A stretch of 64,000 nt of DNA from an uncultured delta proteobacterium (GCA_963778655.1 CAVZVA010000010.1:832001-896000), one strand, 5' to 3'; numbered from the stretch's first letter, positions 1 through 8,822 are shown. Notes: generated by a model not told the origin, from the letters alone. Translations and numbers: made by a program.

Positions 1-121
1 GGAGACCGTACGACTGTGGCGCTGGCTGCGCGTGTACCCCTACCTTCTCGAGATGCCCCGCCTTCCATGGCTCAGATCCTGGAACCATGGAATCTTCGTA
101 TTCACTCTGGGGAGCTGATTG

Positions 122-565
122 TTACGTGTTGAGCTTCTCCAGACGTTGAATGCCCCAGAACGCTTTGTCATCATAAGGCGGCCTCTACGCGGATTGCTCG
201 CTGGCGCTCCGCGATCAGTGCCTCCATGTCAGCGACCACGCGCTGCGGGTCGCGCTCGGCGAGCGCTGGCGGCAGCGTGTACGGCACTGGCACTTCAGCC
301 CGGCGCTCACTTGGCGAGCTCACGGTTGACCCAAGCCATGAACCCAGGCAGCTCGCCTGCGGGGTCGGTCAGCACGGCGTGGTAGTGGTTGTCGAGGAAC
401 CTGCAGGGCATGCATCGACACGCCGTAGACATCGGCGGCGCGGTGGAAGCAATACAGGACGGCCTGCCGGGCCTGGGCCGTGGGCTTGAGCAGGAACTGC
501 CGCTGCCTGACGCGGCGGGTGACGAGATAGGTGGTCTGAGGCAAGACCTGTCGGGGCAGGGTCAC
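122..565 (-). pseudogene. Degraded HUH (Y1) transposase, RAYT/REP-associated tyrosine transposase-like
   Basis: GTG at 565 gives (M)TLPRQVLPQTTYLVTRRVRQRQFLLKP. After a frameshift near 398 the frame reads LDNHYHAVLTDPAGELPGFMAWVNRELAK* (HUH motif HYH; TGA at 307-309). Further fragments (EVPVPYTLPPALAERDPQRVVADMEALIAER; DDKAFWGIQRLEKLNT*) resemble the C-terminal region, so the middle appears deleted. Confidence 0.75.
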
Positions 566-627
566 CGAGGCGTCATCAGCCAGCGCAAAAGGACAGTTGC
601 GTGCTCTTGGCCAGCGATCCTCCTCCG

Positions 628-653
628 CCGGTTCAACCTGCCGGTTCAACCTG
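628..653. repeat. 13-bp tandem duplication CCGGTTCAACCTG x2 upstream of the transposase remnant
   Basis: Exact copies at 628-640 and 641-653. Confidence 0.85.
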
Positions 654-824
654 GGACCGGGGGGTGCGGCACGCACTGAAGAGCGATGCGAGAGCGAGCG
701 GGCCGGATGCGGGGCCTTTGCGAGCGTGCAGCATCGTGGCGCGCCGCGAGGATAGAACGCTTCTGGCCGCTGCGACCAGTGTCCGCGATTGCGCCTTGGT
801 CGATGCGGTATAAGGGGGGCGCTG

Positions 825-2444
825 ATGACCAAGCTTCGGTGCCGGCCTTGGCGTGCGTTCCTTGGGGGAGGCTGCATCCGAGGCACCGCGGGGCGGTCGC
901 CTCTTGCGCGCGGTGATGAACCACGGCTGCTCGAAGGCGCGCTGGTGCTCTATTCGGCCTACGCGATTTTCTTGGCCTTCGGATCGCCCACCGGCTTTCC
1001 AAGCGCTCTGCATGTCAGGCCGGGCATGCCATTTCTATCGGATAAGCCTCTGGGGGACGATGGCTACTACATGCTCTCGATCGCGTGGAATTCAATCGAT
1101 GCCGGCGCGCTGGTTTATGCGCCGGGCCATCCGACTACGGGGTTGCAGCCTCTTTGTGAGTTGCTCTATATGGGGCTCGCGGGGCTCGTGCGCGTGCTCG
1201 GGGGCGACCGGTGGATGTTCGCGCGGGTCGTGTTGCTCGTGTGTGCGGGCACCCTGCTCTTGCTTGCCCACTTGCTCGGGCGCATTGCCGCGCAGCTCGC
1301 CAAAGCCGACGCCCGGCCCGCGGCCTACACCTGGGGGATCCTGCTTACCGCGTTCAACTTCTATGCGTTCCGAGAGGCAACCTTTGGCGTGGAGACGGGG
1401 CTCTACCTCGCGCTCATCGCCCTTTGCGTGCTTCAGACCGTGCGGTCTGGCGGGTCGTTGCAGGGCGCCGCGGTGTTTGGGTCGCTCTTGGGACTGACAT
1501 GGCTGTGTCGCCTCGACTTCGGGCTGGTGCTTGCCGCCCTATTGTTGCTGACGGTGGTTCGGAAGCCGGACCAGCGCCGGCGTGCGCTGATCACTGGATT
1601 GATCGCGTGCGCGTGGATCCTGCCCTGGCTCCTCTTTGTCCATCATCAAAGCGGCCGTTGGCTTCCCTCGTCTGGTCCCTCTCAGATGGCGTGGATCAAC
1701 GCAACGGACGCGCGGCTGCGCCTTCGTCAAGCAGCGATCGCGCTGCTTTGTTCGTTCGCACCGTGGATCTACGTGCGGCCCGGAGGGCTTGTGGCTCTGG
1801 CCGGCGCCGCCTCGTTCGCATCCATGGCGGTGTGGATCAGGTCTGCGCTCGCGGGGATGTGGTCACGGCCAGCCATGAAGACCCTCATGATGTGGGCGCT
1901 GGCGCTGGTGCCGCTGCTGGTCGTTTACCCGCTGCTGTTCTGGGTCACGCACTTCTACCATCGCTACTTCGCGCCGCTTTTGGTGGTGGCGGTTCCGACC
2001 ATGGCAGTCGGGCTTGCCGCGCAGCTGCGTGGGCGGCGGCGCGCGCTCAGAGTAGCCGCGTATGCGATCATGCCGGCGCTTTTCGCGATCATGATCTTCA
2101 TGAGCTTTCACACCGGTCGCGTGAACAGCGGCCTCACGGTGACCGCCGGCTACGTCTTGCGCCATATCGCTCCGAGCGCCCGAGTGGGGTCGTTTCAGTG
2201 CGGCAGGCTGGGGTATTTTCGTGCGAACGTGGTGAATCTGGATGGAAAGGTCGACGGTCAGGCGCTCGCGTTCCTGGAACGCGGAAGGCTCGACCAGTAC
2301 GTCGATCAGGAGCGTATCGATGTGCTGGTCGACGTCGGGTACCTGTTCACCAAGCACTTCGATCGGCACTGGCTCGCCACGGCGTTTCGTCCCTGCGATG
2401 TACCCATGACCGTTCCCGGATCGCGCTGCTATCAGAGGCGTTGA
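825..2444 (+). CDS. Multi-pass membrane protein, putative GT-C-fold (ArnT/PMT-like) glycosyltransferase
   Basis: GDDGYYMLSIAWN acidic motif after the first TM, about 10 hydrophobic segments, GVETG and CRLD motifs, soluble C-terminal domain (VVNLDG). Start uncertain: ORF is open from 789, and ATG 825 has a G-rich RBS. Confidence 0.65.
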   Translation: MTKLRCRPWRAFLGGGCIRGTAGRSPLARGDEPRLLEGALVLYSAYAIFLAFGSPTGFPSALHVRPGMPFLSDKPLGDDGYYMLSIAWNSIDAGALVYAPGHPTTGLQPLCELLYMGLAGLVRVLGGDRWMFARVVLLVCAGTLLLLAHLLGRIAAQLAKADARPAAYTWGILLTAFNFYAFREATFGVETGLYLALIALCVLQTVRSGGSLQGAAVFGSLLGLTWLCRLDFGLVLAALLLLTVVRKPDQRRRALITGLIACAWILPWLLFVHHQSGRWLPSSGPSQMAWINATDARLRLRQAAIALLCSFAPWIYVRPGGLVALAGAASFASMAVWIRSALAGMWSRPAMKTLMMWALALVPLLVVYPLLFWVTHFYHRYFAPLLVVAVPTMAVGLAAQLRGRRRALRVAAYAIMPALFAIMIFMSFHTGRVNSGLTVTAGYVLRHIAPSARVGSFQCGRLGYFRANVVNLDGKVDGQALAFLERGRLDQYVDQERIDVLVDVGYLFTKHFDRHWLATAFRPCDVPMTVPGSRCYQRR

Positions 2445-2577
2445 CAGAGAGAGGCGGCGTGGTTGGATTCTCGGACCGCTTCTGCGAGGCTTGCCCCGCC
2501 ATGGCGGCTTGCTGCATTGGGGCGCGCACCCACGACCGCGGAGGCGCGACCCGATTGCTCGACACCCGGGCGGGCAG

Positions 2578-4113
2578 ATGGTTCTGAGAGACCCGAGTCC
2601 AGAGTATCCGGCTCGCTCGAAGTCTGCCCTGGCGTCCGGGCGGGGCCATGTTGGAAGGCTGCTCGCGCACCCGGCCTTGCCCGCGGCGGTTTGGATCGGC
2701 TGTGCGCTTTGGTTCGCGTGGTCGCGCGTGCCGTACGACGACGAGTGGTTTTCGATCGAGCTCGCCCTTCGGACCGATCCCGCTCACTTCTGGCAGGCGC
2801 TGCAGGGCGACGTGCATCCGCCCTGGCTCGCATGTATCGACCGGTTGCTGGGCGCGCTTTGGCACACTCGCTACCCGCTGAACGCTTTGCGTGTGCTCGC
2901 AGCTGCTGCGGCTTTCGGCATCAGCGCGCCTTGGCTTGGGCGCTGGTTGCGGATTCCCAGCTCTGCGGTCTGGCTGGCGGCCTTTCATCCGGTGGTCTTC
3001 ATGTACGCAGGCGCGGCGCGCTGGTATCCGGTGCTCCTGCTGGCTCATGCGCTGCGTGCCCGGGCGCTCTGGGCCGGCGACAGGCCACTGCTCCGCCACG
3101 CCGGTTTCGTCGCGGGCGCCGTGGTCGGCGCGATCGCCGGGTACCTCGACGCATGGTTTCTTGTCCTCGACTGTGGATGGTGGCTCTGGCTCGCCTTCAG
3201 CGAGGAGCATTCCTCGGCGCGGACCGTTTCGTTCGCGAGCGCGGGTGGCGCGGTGGCGTGCGTGCTTGCCCTGCGCTGGCTTTCGCCGCTTGGCGTGCTC
3301 CACGCGCTCGGCCCGCACATGGTGCAGCCGCGCTGGAGCCCGTTCATTACCTGGGCCGGCTTGGGCGCGGTGGGGGAAGCCGCACCGCCGTGGCCATGGC
3401 TGCTCACCGGCGTGATTGTGCCCATCGTGCTTGCTTGGGCCCTATGGGTCCACCTGCGCGATCCCGCGACGCGCGGGGCTTCCTCCTATCTGTTGACGAC
3501 CTTGCTAGCGTGGACGGCGGCCACGGCGACCGGCGTTTGGCACCCGCGTTACAGTTTGTGGTTGTGGTTCGTGCTGGTTGCGTGCGCGCTGGGCCTGTGG
3601 CGGCGGTCGAAGCTCGAGCGCGCTGGGCTCGTGCTGGCCGGCGCGTATCTGTGCGTTGGACTCGGGCTGACAGTGTCGGGCCGCGACTTCTTCAAAGCAG
3701 ACCTGAACGACCTTTCCGGTGCCGATTGCGCGGTCCTGCAGCACGAGGCCGTTCCCGACCTGGTTGTCGTGCCCTATCCCCGTCTGTCCGAGTTGCTGCG
3801 GCGCCGCTGCAGGCTTCGCGTTCCGCTGCTCCCGATCCGGCTGATCAGAATTGTTCCGGATGAGCGCGAGCAGATGCAACCGCTCGAGGCTGCGCTGCGT
3901 GCCCGCGCGCGTACGGTATGGCTTCTGAGCACCACGGGCGGCTCGTCATACGAAACGACCAACATGCGCGCGCGGCGCGCGCTTTCCCAGCATTGCCGCA
4001 GAGATTCGAGCCTGCCCTTTGGCAGTATTCCGCACCGCATGCTCAAGGATGCCTTGACTCCTGAGCTCCCGCGGACGAGCCGTTTCTTGCTCGAACGCTG
4101 GCGCTGTCCATGA
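2578..4113 (+). CDS. Multi-pass membrane protein, putative GT-C-fold glycosyltransferase
   Basis: PYDDEWFS, DVHPPW and ARWY motifs typical of GT39/GT83-like proteins; many TM segments. Start uncertain. Confidence 0.65.
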   Translation: MVLRDPSPEYPARSKSALASGRGHVGRLLAHPALPAAVWIGCALWFAWSRVPYDDEWFSIELALRTDPAHFWQALQGDVHPPWLACIDRLLGALWHTRYPLNALRVLAAAAAFGISAPWLGRWLRIPSSAVWLAAFHPVVFMYAGAARWYPVLLLAHALRARALWAGDRPLLRHAGFVAGAVVGAIAGYLDAWFLVLDCGWWLWLAFSEEHSSARTVSFASAGGAVACVLALRWLSPLGVLHALGPHMVQPRWSPFITWAGLGAVGEAAPPWPWLLTGVIVPIVLAWALWVHLRDPATRGASSYLLTTLLAWTAATATGVWHPRYSLWLWFVLVACALGLWRRSKLERAGLVLAGAYLCVGLGLTVSGRDFFKADLNDLSGADCAVLQHEAVPDLVVVPYPRLSELLRRRCRLRVPLLPIRLIRIVPDEREQMQPLEAALRARARTVWLLSTTGGSSYETTNMRARRALSQHCRRDSSLPFGSIPHRMLKDALTPELPRTSRFLLERWRCP

Positions 4114-4156
4114 GTGCGGCGCGCTCCAGTGATCGCTGAGCTCGGCAGGCTGCGCG

Positions 4157-4183
4157 GGATGGGGACAGACCGCGATAGCTCGA
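4157..4183. repeat. Junction motif, copy 1 (partial)
   Basis: GGATGGGGACAGACCGCGATAGCTCGA matches the first half of the ~52-bp consensus GGATGGGGACGGACCGCGATAGCTCGATGGTCGGGCGRGATGATGCGCTCTA. Confidence 0.85.
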
Positions 4184-4188
4184 CCCCC

Positions 4189-4772
4189 GGATGGGGACGG
4201 TCCTCGATAGATCGATTGTCCGGCGAGATGATGCGCTCTCCTCTACGGGCCCGGCCTGGCGTCATCCCGGCAGGAGGTGCCACCGGCGGGGCAGCGGTTC
4301 CTGAAGTCGTAGATCGCGTAGGCACCGAGGCGTTGGCAGCGGGCGCTTGCGATGTGCGGTGGTGGGGTGGGCCAGTGTTGGCTGAAGCCGGGGTGGTGGC
4401 TTTGGGGGCCAGGCGAGAGAATGAGCACGTCCCAGGTGGGATCGACGGGGTGAGGCCAGCGGATGACTTGGTGGCTTTGGGCTTGGATGGCGCCGGCCAC
4501 GCGCGCGGCGTCGAGGTCGTAGGCGAGCTGCGAGGGCGCGCAGGCGCGAACGAGGTCGGTGGCGGGTTGGTAGCGCCTTTGGAGTCGTAAGAGCGCGTGC
4601 GTGCCGAGCGCGGCTGCCGCCACGGAGGCGGCCACGACCCAGGCTGGATGGCGAAAGGGCGAGAGCTTTGCCCAGTCTGGTGCGGTGCTCACGAGCAGCG
4701 CGGCATGTATGGGCAGCACCAGGCGCTGTCCTCCGACCAGGGTCTCGAGCCACGAGGGTGAAGCGTCGTGAT
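4189..4772. repeat. 584-bp direct repeat of 5897-6480 (junction motif copy 2 at 4189-4240 plus the 3' end of the glycosyltransferase gene)
   Basis: Colinear with 5897-6480 at a constant offset of 1708 bp. By eye, about 8 substitutions over 4300-4772 and about 12 over 4243-4301. Confidence 0.95.
4243..4772 (-). pseudogene. 5'-truncated duplicate (about 176 C-terminal codons) of the membrane glycosyltransferase at 5951-7366
   Basis: Translation HDASPSWLETLVGGQRLVLPIH...AYAIYDFR is near-identical to the C-terminus of the 5951-7366 product; the N-terminal two thirds are absent. Confidence 0.9.
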
Positions 4773-4786
4773 GGTCGCAGGACGAA

Positions 4787-4820
4787 ATGGGAACGCGATA
4801 CTTCGATGGTCGCGCTCTAC
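4787..4820. repeat. Junction motif, copy 3 (internally shortened)
   Basis: ATGGGAACGCGATACTTCGATGGTCGCGCTCTAC is the consensus lacking the central GGCGAGATGATG and a few 5' bases; it lies 40 bp downstream of the Uma2 stop codon. Confidence 0.7.
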
Positions 4821-4859
4821 ATCGTTCTGGCACGAAGCCTGCGCGGCTGCCCGCGGCGG

Positions 4860-5444
4860 TTACGCCAGGAGGTCCTTCACGGCGAAGGTCGTGCCGAGCA
4901 CGATGGAGTCGAAGCTATCGCTCTTACGGTATTGGCGGCCCGCATCGAAGCGGCCTTCGGTTCGCACGAAGACGGTGACCAGGTCGTTCTCGCTGTCCAC
5001 CAGCCAATATTCGAGCACTTCGTTTGCCTCGTAGATGGCCTTCTTCTCACCATGATCACGCGCCCGCGTGCTGGGTGAGAGGATCTCGACCACCAGGTCC
5101 GGGGCGACGCGCAAGAACTCGCCGAACCGTGGTGCGGGCATGGCTTGCCAGCGGGTCGCCGATATGAAGCTGCAATCGGGCTCGACGGTATCGCCAGAGG
5201 CCAGCTCGAAGCCCTGGCTCGAACCGAAAACCTCACCGGATCCGCGCGCCGCCGCCACGTTGCCGATGGCACGAACGATTTGCGCCTCGACTTTGCCGTG
5301 GGGATACCCAGCCGGCGGGTTCATGCGCACCCTCCCATTGAGCAGCTCGTAGTGATTGCCGTCCCAGCTCGGACGCCGCTGCACCCAGGCTGCGAAGGCA
5401 TCCTGCGACAGGGTGGTCGTAGACTCGAAGCTGAGCTCGCGCAC
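4860..5444 (-). CDS. Uma2 (DUF820) family PD-(D/E)XK endonuclease
   Basis: YELLNGRVRMNPP..H, EPDCSF, APDLVVEILSPST..D..EK..Y and EYWLVD motifs. Confidence 0.9.
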   Translation of the reverse strand: MRELSFESTTTLSQDAFAAWVQRRPSWDGNHYELLNGRVRMNPPAGYPHGKVEAQIVRAIGNVAAARGSGEVFGSSQGFELASGDTVEPDCSFISATRWQAMPAPRFGEFLRVAPDLVVEILSPSTRARDHGEKKAIYEANEVLEYWLVDSENDLVTVFVRTEGRFDAGRQYRKSDSFDSIVLGTTFAVKDLLA

Positions 5445-5539
5445 GTCGACTCGTTTTATAGCACAGCCGGGCCAATCGCACGTTCAGGGGCTGCTGATCT
5501 TGGTGCCCAGAAACGACGCAGGCGTTCGCAATTGTGACG

Positions 5540-5615
5540 CTACGGACCCGCCGTGGCGCCTTCCCAGCATCCCGCCCCGCGCACGGGGCAGCGGCCCCTG
5601 AAGTCGTAGACCGCG
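5540..5615 (-). pseudogene. Third, short and diverged remnant of the glycosyltransferase 3' end
   Basis: CTACGGACCCGCCGTGGCGCC...ACGGGGCAGCGGCCCCTGAAGTCGTAGACCGCG aligns with 5951-6026 and 4243-4318. Confidence 0.75.
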
Positions 5616-5624
5616 AGCCGGACG

Positions 5625-5750
5625 GGATGGGGACGGACCGCGATAGCTCGATGGTCGGGCGGGATGATGCGCTCTAGCTCGTGACGGCGACCGGTGCTCG
5701 TCATGGTGGTGCGATCAGGGGCACCGTTGGGAAGTAGCTTCGGTAGCGCG
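5625..5750. repeat. Junction motif copy 4 (5625-5676) plus PIN-gene 3' end; repeated at 8201-8325
   Basis: 5627-5750 and 8201-8325 are colinear with few differences. Confidence 0.9.
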
Positions 5751-5895
5751 TCGCGTCGCGGGTCAGGGGTCGGAATCCCGAGATGGCAGCGTGGGCGCCG
5801 ATGTAGAAGTCGGGCAGGGGGGTCTTCCGACCGCCGCCGCGTTTGCGGTAGGCGAGGAACGCCTTGCCGGCGAGGAAGGCGGCCTCGGCTTGCAC
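5701..5895 (-). pseudogene. C-terminal half of a VapC/PIN-domain toxin
   Basis: EAAFLAGKAFLAYRKRGGGRKTPLPDFYIGAHAAISGFRPLTRDATRYRSYFP is a typical VapC C-terminus. The N-terminal D-containing strand is missing and homology starts right at the junction motif. Confidence 0.85.
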
Positions 5896-5896
5896 C

Positions 5897-5948
5897 GGAT
5901 GGAGACGGACCGCGGTAGCTCGATGGTCGGGCGAGATGATGCGCTCTA
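5897..5948. repeat. Junction motif, copy 5
   Basis: GGATGGAGACGGACCGCGGTAGCTCGATGGTCGGGCGAGATGATGCGCTCTA, 2 bp downstream of the glycosyltransferase stop. Confidence 0.9.
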
Positions 5949-5950
5949 CA

Positions 5951-7366
5951 CTACAGACCCGCCCTGGCGCCCTCTCGGCAGGGCGTGCCACCGACGGGGC
6001 AACGATCCCTGAAGTCGTAGATCGCGTAGGCACCGAGGCGTTGGCAGCGGGCGCTTGCGATGTGCGGTGGTGGGGTGGGCCAGTGTTGGCTGAAGCCGGG
6101 TTGGTGGCTTTGGGGGCCGGGCGAGAGAATGAGCACGTCCCAGGTGGGGTCGACGGGGTGGGGCCAGCGGATGACTTGGTGGCCTTGGGCTTGGATGGCG
6201 CCGGCCACGCGCGCGGCGTCGAGGTCGTAGGCGAGCTGCAAGGGCGCGCAGGCGCGAACGAGGTCGGTGGCGGGTTGGTAGCGCCTTTGGAGTCGTAAGA
6301 GCGCGTGCGTTCCGAGCGCGGCTGCCGCCACGGAGGCGGCCACGACCCAGGCTGGATGGCGAAAGGGCGAGAGCTTTGCCCAGTCTGGTGCGGTGCTCAC
6401 GAGCAGCGCCGCATGTATGGGCAGCACCAGGCGCTGTCCTCCGACCAGGGTCTCGAGCCACGAGGGTGAAGCGTCGTGATAGCCGTAAACCACGGCCTGC
6501 AGCAGCCCAAGCGCGCACACCCACACCCAGGGGTCCACGGGCCTGCGCTTGAGCAGCGCGAGGCCGAGCGAGAAGGGTGGCAGCAGGAGCAGTCCGGCGA
6601 GGTAGAGCGCGAGGTTTCCGAGCGGCGCGCTGACCAGAAAGCGCCAGGTCACGCTGCGCGCGTAGGGTCCGCCGAGCCAGGTGGTGCCCAGGCGCACGCT
6701 GACGAGCGCCTGCACGCCCAGCAACGCCGCAACCGTGACGCCGACCGCCAGCATGTCCGCGCGGCGTGTCCGCCGGGCCTTTCGAAGCACCAGCACCAGG
6801 CCGGCGGCGTACACCAGATAAGACAGGCGCGACGCGATCGCGAAGCCGAAGCCGAGCGCCGCCGCGGCGCGGTCGCGGTTCTCCCAGGCGTCCATCGCGA
6901 ACAGCAAGGCCGCCAGCGCCGGCACGTCCGACATCAGCGTGCGCGAGTAGATCCAGATTGCGGGGTGAAACAGGTACACGGCGGCGGCCACCGCCGGGGC
7001 GCCGCGCCGCACCAGCATGCGCATCACCGCCGCGCCGCCGAGCAAGTGCATGGCGAGCGCGACCAGCTGCATCCCGGCGAACCCCAGAGCCAAGCGCCCG
7101 AGCGCGAGCAGCGCCGGCCAGGCCACGGGAAAGCGAAACGCGGCGGCAGGCGAGAGCAGCGCGATCGGCAACGGGTCGCCCGGCTGGGGGACGACGCGGC
7201 CGTGCGCCAGCACCGCGGCTTGCCCGGCGTAGTAGTACTCGTCGTTGTTGATCAGGCCGTGCGGCAGGGTCGCGACGCCGAAGATCGCGGCCACGAGCAA
7301 CAGCAGCCAGCCCGCGCGCAGCCGGGGGTCGGTCCAGCGAATGCGCTCGCACGGCAGCTCGGCCAT
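5951..7366 (-). CDS. Multi-pass membrane protein, putative GT-C-fold glycosyltransferase
   Basis: INNDEYYY motif after TM1, YSRTLMSDVP motif, many TM helices. Confidence 0.7.
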   Translation of the reverse strand: MAELPCERIRWTDPRLRAGWLLLLVAAIFGVATLPHGLINNDEYYYAGQAAVLAHGRVVPQPGDPLPIALLSPAAAFRFPVAWPALLALGRLALGFAGMQLVALAMHLLGGAAVMRMLVRRGAPAVAAAVYLFHPAIWIYSRTLMSDVPALAALLFAMDAWENRDRAAAALGFGFAIASRLSYLVYAAGLVLVLRKARRTRRADMLAVGVTVAALLGVQALVSVRLGTTWLGGPYARSVTWRFLVSAPLGNLALYLAGLLLLPPFSLGLALLKRRPVDPWVWVCALGLLQAVVYGYHDASPSWLETLVGGQRLVLPIHAALLVSTAPDWAKLSPFRHPAWVVAASVAAAALGTHALLRLQRRYQPATDLVRACAPLQLAYDLDAARVAGAIQAQGHQVIRWPHPVDPTWDVLILSPGPQSHQPGFSQHWPTPPPHIASARCQRLGAYAIYDFRDRCPVGGTPCREGARAGL

Positions 7367-7478
7367 GGCCGGCGATGGTACACGGTCCGCCGTGGCGAAC
7401 CACCCGCCGGCCGTGATTCACGTGAATCGTGCGAGCCGCGCGCCCCGCGGGCATTGCTCGAACGCGGCGCCTTGGTCT

Positions 7479-7509
7479 ATTTGCACGGATGCTGTGCAAA
7501 TGTTAAAGT
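7479..7509 (+). promoter_or_regulatory. Sigma70-type promoter of higBA overlapped by an inverted-repeat operator
   Basis: -35 TTGCAC (7481-7486), 17-bp spacer, -10 TAAAGT (7504-7509) with an upstream TG. Inverted repeat ATTTGCACGG-atg-CTGTGCAAAT (7479-7501). Confidence 0.65.
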
Positions 7510-7527
7510 CGCTCGTGAGCGCCCGGA

Positions 7528-7806
7528 ATGATCAGCAGCTTTGCCGACCGGACCACCGAAGACATCTACCACGGTGCGGAGACCAAGGCGGCGCGGCGAA
7601 TACCGAAGGAGCTTTGGGCGATCGCTCGCCGCAAGCTCGACATGTTGAATAGAGCCGCAGTGCCCGAAGATCTGAAGAGCCCGCCTGGCAACCGCCTGAA
7701 ACGCGTCGGCAAGCTCTATGCGATTCGCATCAATGACCAATTCCGCATCACCTTCAAGCTCGAAGCCGGGAATGCGTCCGACGTGTCGATTACCGACTAC
7801 CATTGA
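7528..7806 (+). CDS. higB: HigB-like (RelE/ParE superfamily) toxin
   Basis: MISSFAD..TE.I, ARRKLDML, PPGNRL, IRINDQFRITF and C-terminal ITDYH; toxin precedes antitoxin. Confidence 0.9.
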   Translation: MISSFADRTTEDIYHGAETKAARRIPKELWAIARRKLDMLNRAAVPEDLKSPPGNRLKRVGKLYAIRINDQFRITFKLEAGNASDVSITDYH

Positions 7807-7824
7807 CCGATGACCGATGACCGA
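7804..7824. repeat. Heptamer tandem TGACCGA x3 starting at the higB stop
   Basis: 7804-7810, 7811-7817, 7818-7824. Confidence 0.8.
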
Positions 7825-7867
7825 ATCCGAATGGCCGCCCTAGGGCCGCCCAATCCGAGGTAAACCC

Positions 7868-8140
7868 ATGCTCCCCAAGCACCGACCTCCGACGACTCCG
7901 GGCGAGATTCTTCTCGAGGAATTTCTCAAGCCGCTGAGCATGACTCAGACCGCGCTAGCAGAAAGGATGGGCGTACCCGTCCAGCGAATCAACACGCTCA
8001 TCAACGGCAAACGCGGCGTGACTGCGGAAACGGCGATCTTGCTGGGGCGCATTTTCAAGACCTCGCCACAGTTCTGGCTCGGCTTGCAGATGGACTGTGA
8101 TCTCTGGAACGCTCAGCAGAAGTTGGCCAAGGCCGGCTGA
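7868..8140 (+). CDS. higA: HigA antitoxin (XRE-family HTH)
   Basis: PTTPGEILLEEFLKPL.MTQ..LA, INGKRGVTAETA and PQFWLGLQ motifs. Confidence 0.92.
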   Translation: MLPKHRPPTTPGEILLEEFLKPLSMTQTALAERMGVPVQRINTLINGKRGVTAETAILLGRIFKTSPQFWLGLQMDCDLWNAQQKLAKAG

Positions 8141-8200
8141 GCGACCGTCAGCTGCGCGACGCGGAGCGAGCAAGCCCTTGCGTAGCTCGTGCGCACCACA

Positions 8201-8325
8201 ATGGAGGACGGATCGCGATAGCTCGATAGTCGGGCGGGATGATGCGCTCTAGCTCGTAACGGCGACCGGTGCTCGTCATGGTGGTGCGATCAGGGGCCCC
8301 GTTGGGAAGCAGGTTCGGTAGCGCG
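8201..8325. repeat. Junction motif copy 6 (8201-8251) plus the last ~16 codons of the PIN gene
   Basis: Matches 5627-5750; the minus strand of 8276-8325 reads RYRTCFPTGPLIAPP*. Confidence 0.9.
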
Positions 8326-8435
8326 ACCTGTGAAGCGTCTTGGCTCGAGACTGGTGCGAGACGTCGAGGTTCTTCGTCGCACTGGCTGATTCACTGGCCG
8401 TGGCCGGGCGGGGGCGACCCGGGTGGGGTGGCGAT

Positions 8436-8822
8436 CTACAGCAGGGCGAGCTGGAGCGGTACGCCGGCCTTCTGCATGGACTTGAAGTCCTTGTCCGTGG
8501 TCAGAAGCGTGGCCGAGTGGCTCAACGCGTAGGCGGCGATCAGAAGGTCGAGCGTCTTGGCGCTCACCCCGCGCTTGCGCAGCGCAAATCCGAGATCGCC
8601 GGCTTCCGTCCACAGCTGCGCGGGCTGCGCGAGGTGGTGACAGGCATCGAGCAGCGGCAGCACGCGAGCGCGCTCCCGTTCGTGCAGGCCACGCCGCAGC
8701 TCGGTTTCGATCGGCCCGCACAACGCGGCTTCGTCGGTGGCGAGCGTTTCATCCACGACGCTCGCCACTGGATCACGGCCGCGGAAGAACTCGATCCATG
8801 CCGTGGTGTCGACCAAGATCAT
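8436..8822 (-). CDS. vapC: VapC PIN-domain toxin
   Basis: MILVDTTAWIEFFRG, IETEL, TLDLLIAA and LLTTDKDF: PIN acidic residues present. ATGA overlap with the antitoxin. Confidence 0.9.
   Translation of the reverse strand: MILVDTTAWIEFFRGRDPVASVVDETLATDEAALCGPIETELRRGLHERERARVLPLLDACHHLAQPAQLWTEAGDLGFALRKRGVSAKTLDLLIAAYALSHSATLLTTDKDFKSMQKAGVPLQLALL

Noticed and set aside
1..120. Possible gene 3' end and TTCCATGG...CCATGGAA inverted repeat
   Set aside because: More than one frame is open with no recognisable motif, and an 8-bp arm alone is not enough evidence.
4189..4772. Pure assembly artefact
   Set aside because: The copies differ at many positions and a third diverged remnant exists. A chimera of strain haplotypes cannot be fully excluded without reads.
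4243..6480. Diversity-generating retroelement TR/VR pair
   Set aside because: The mismatches between copies involve all four bases rather than only adenines of one copy, and there is no reverse transcriptase in the window.
4157..8251. CRISPR array or classical integron attC array
   Set aside because: Spacing is hundreds to thousands of bp and irregular, the copies are degenerate, no cas or intI gene is present, and AAC/GTT core sites are absent.
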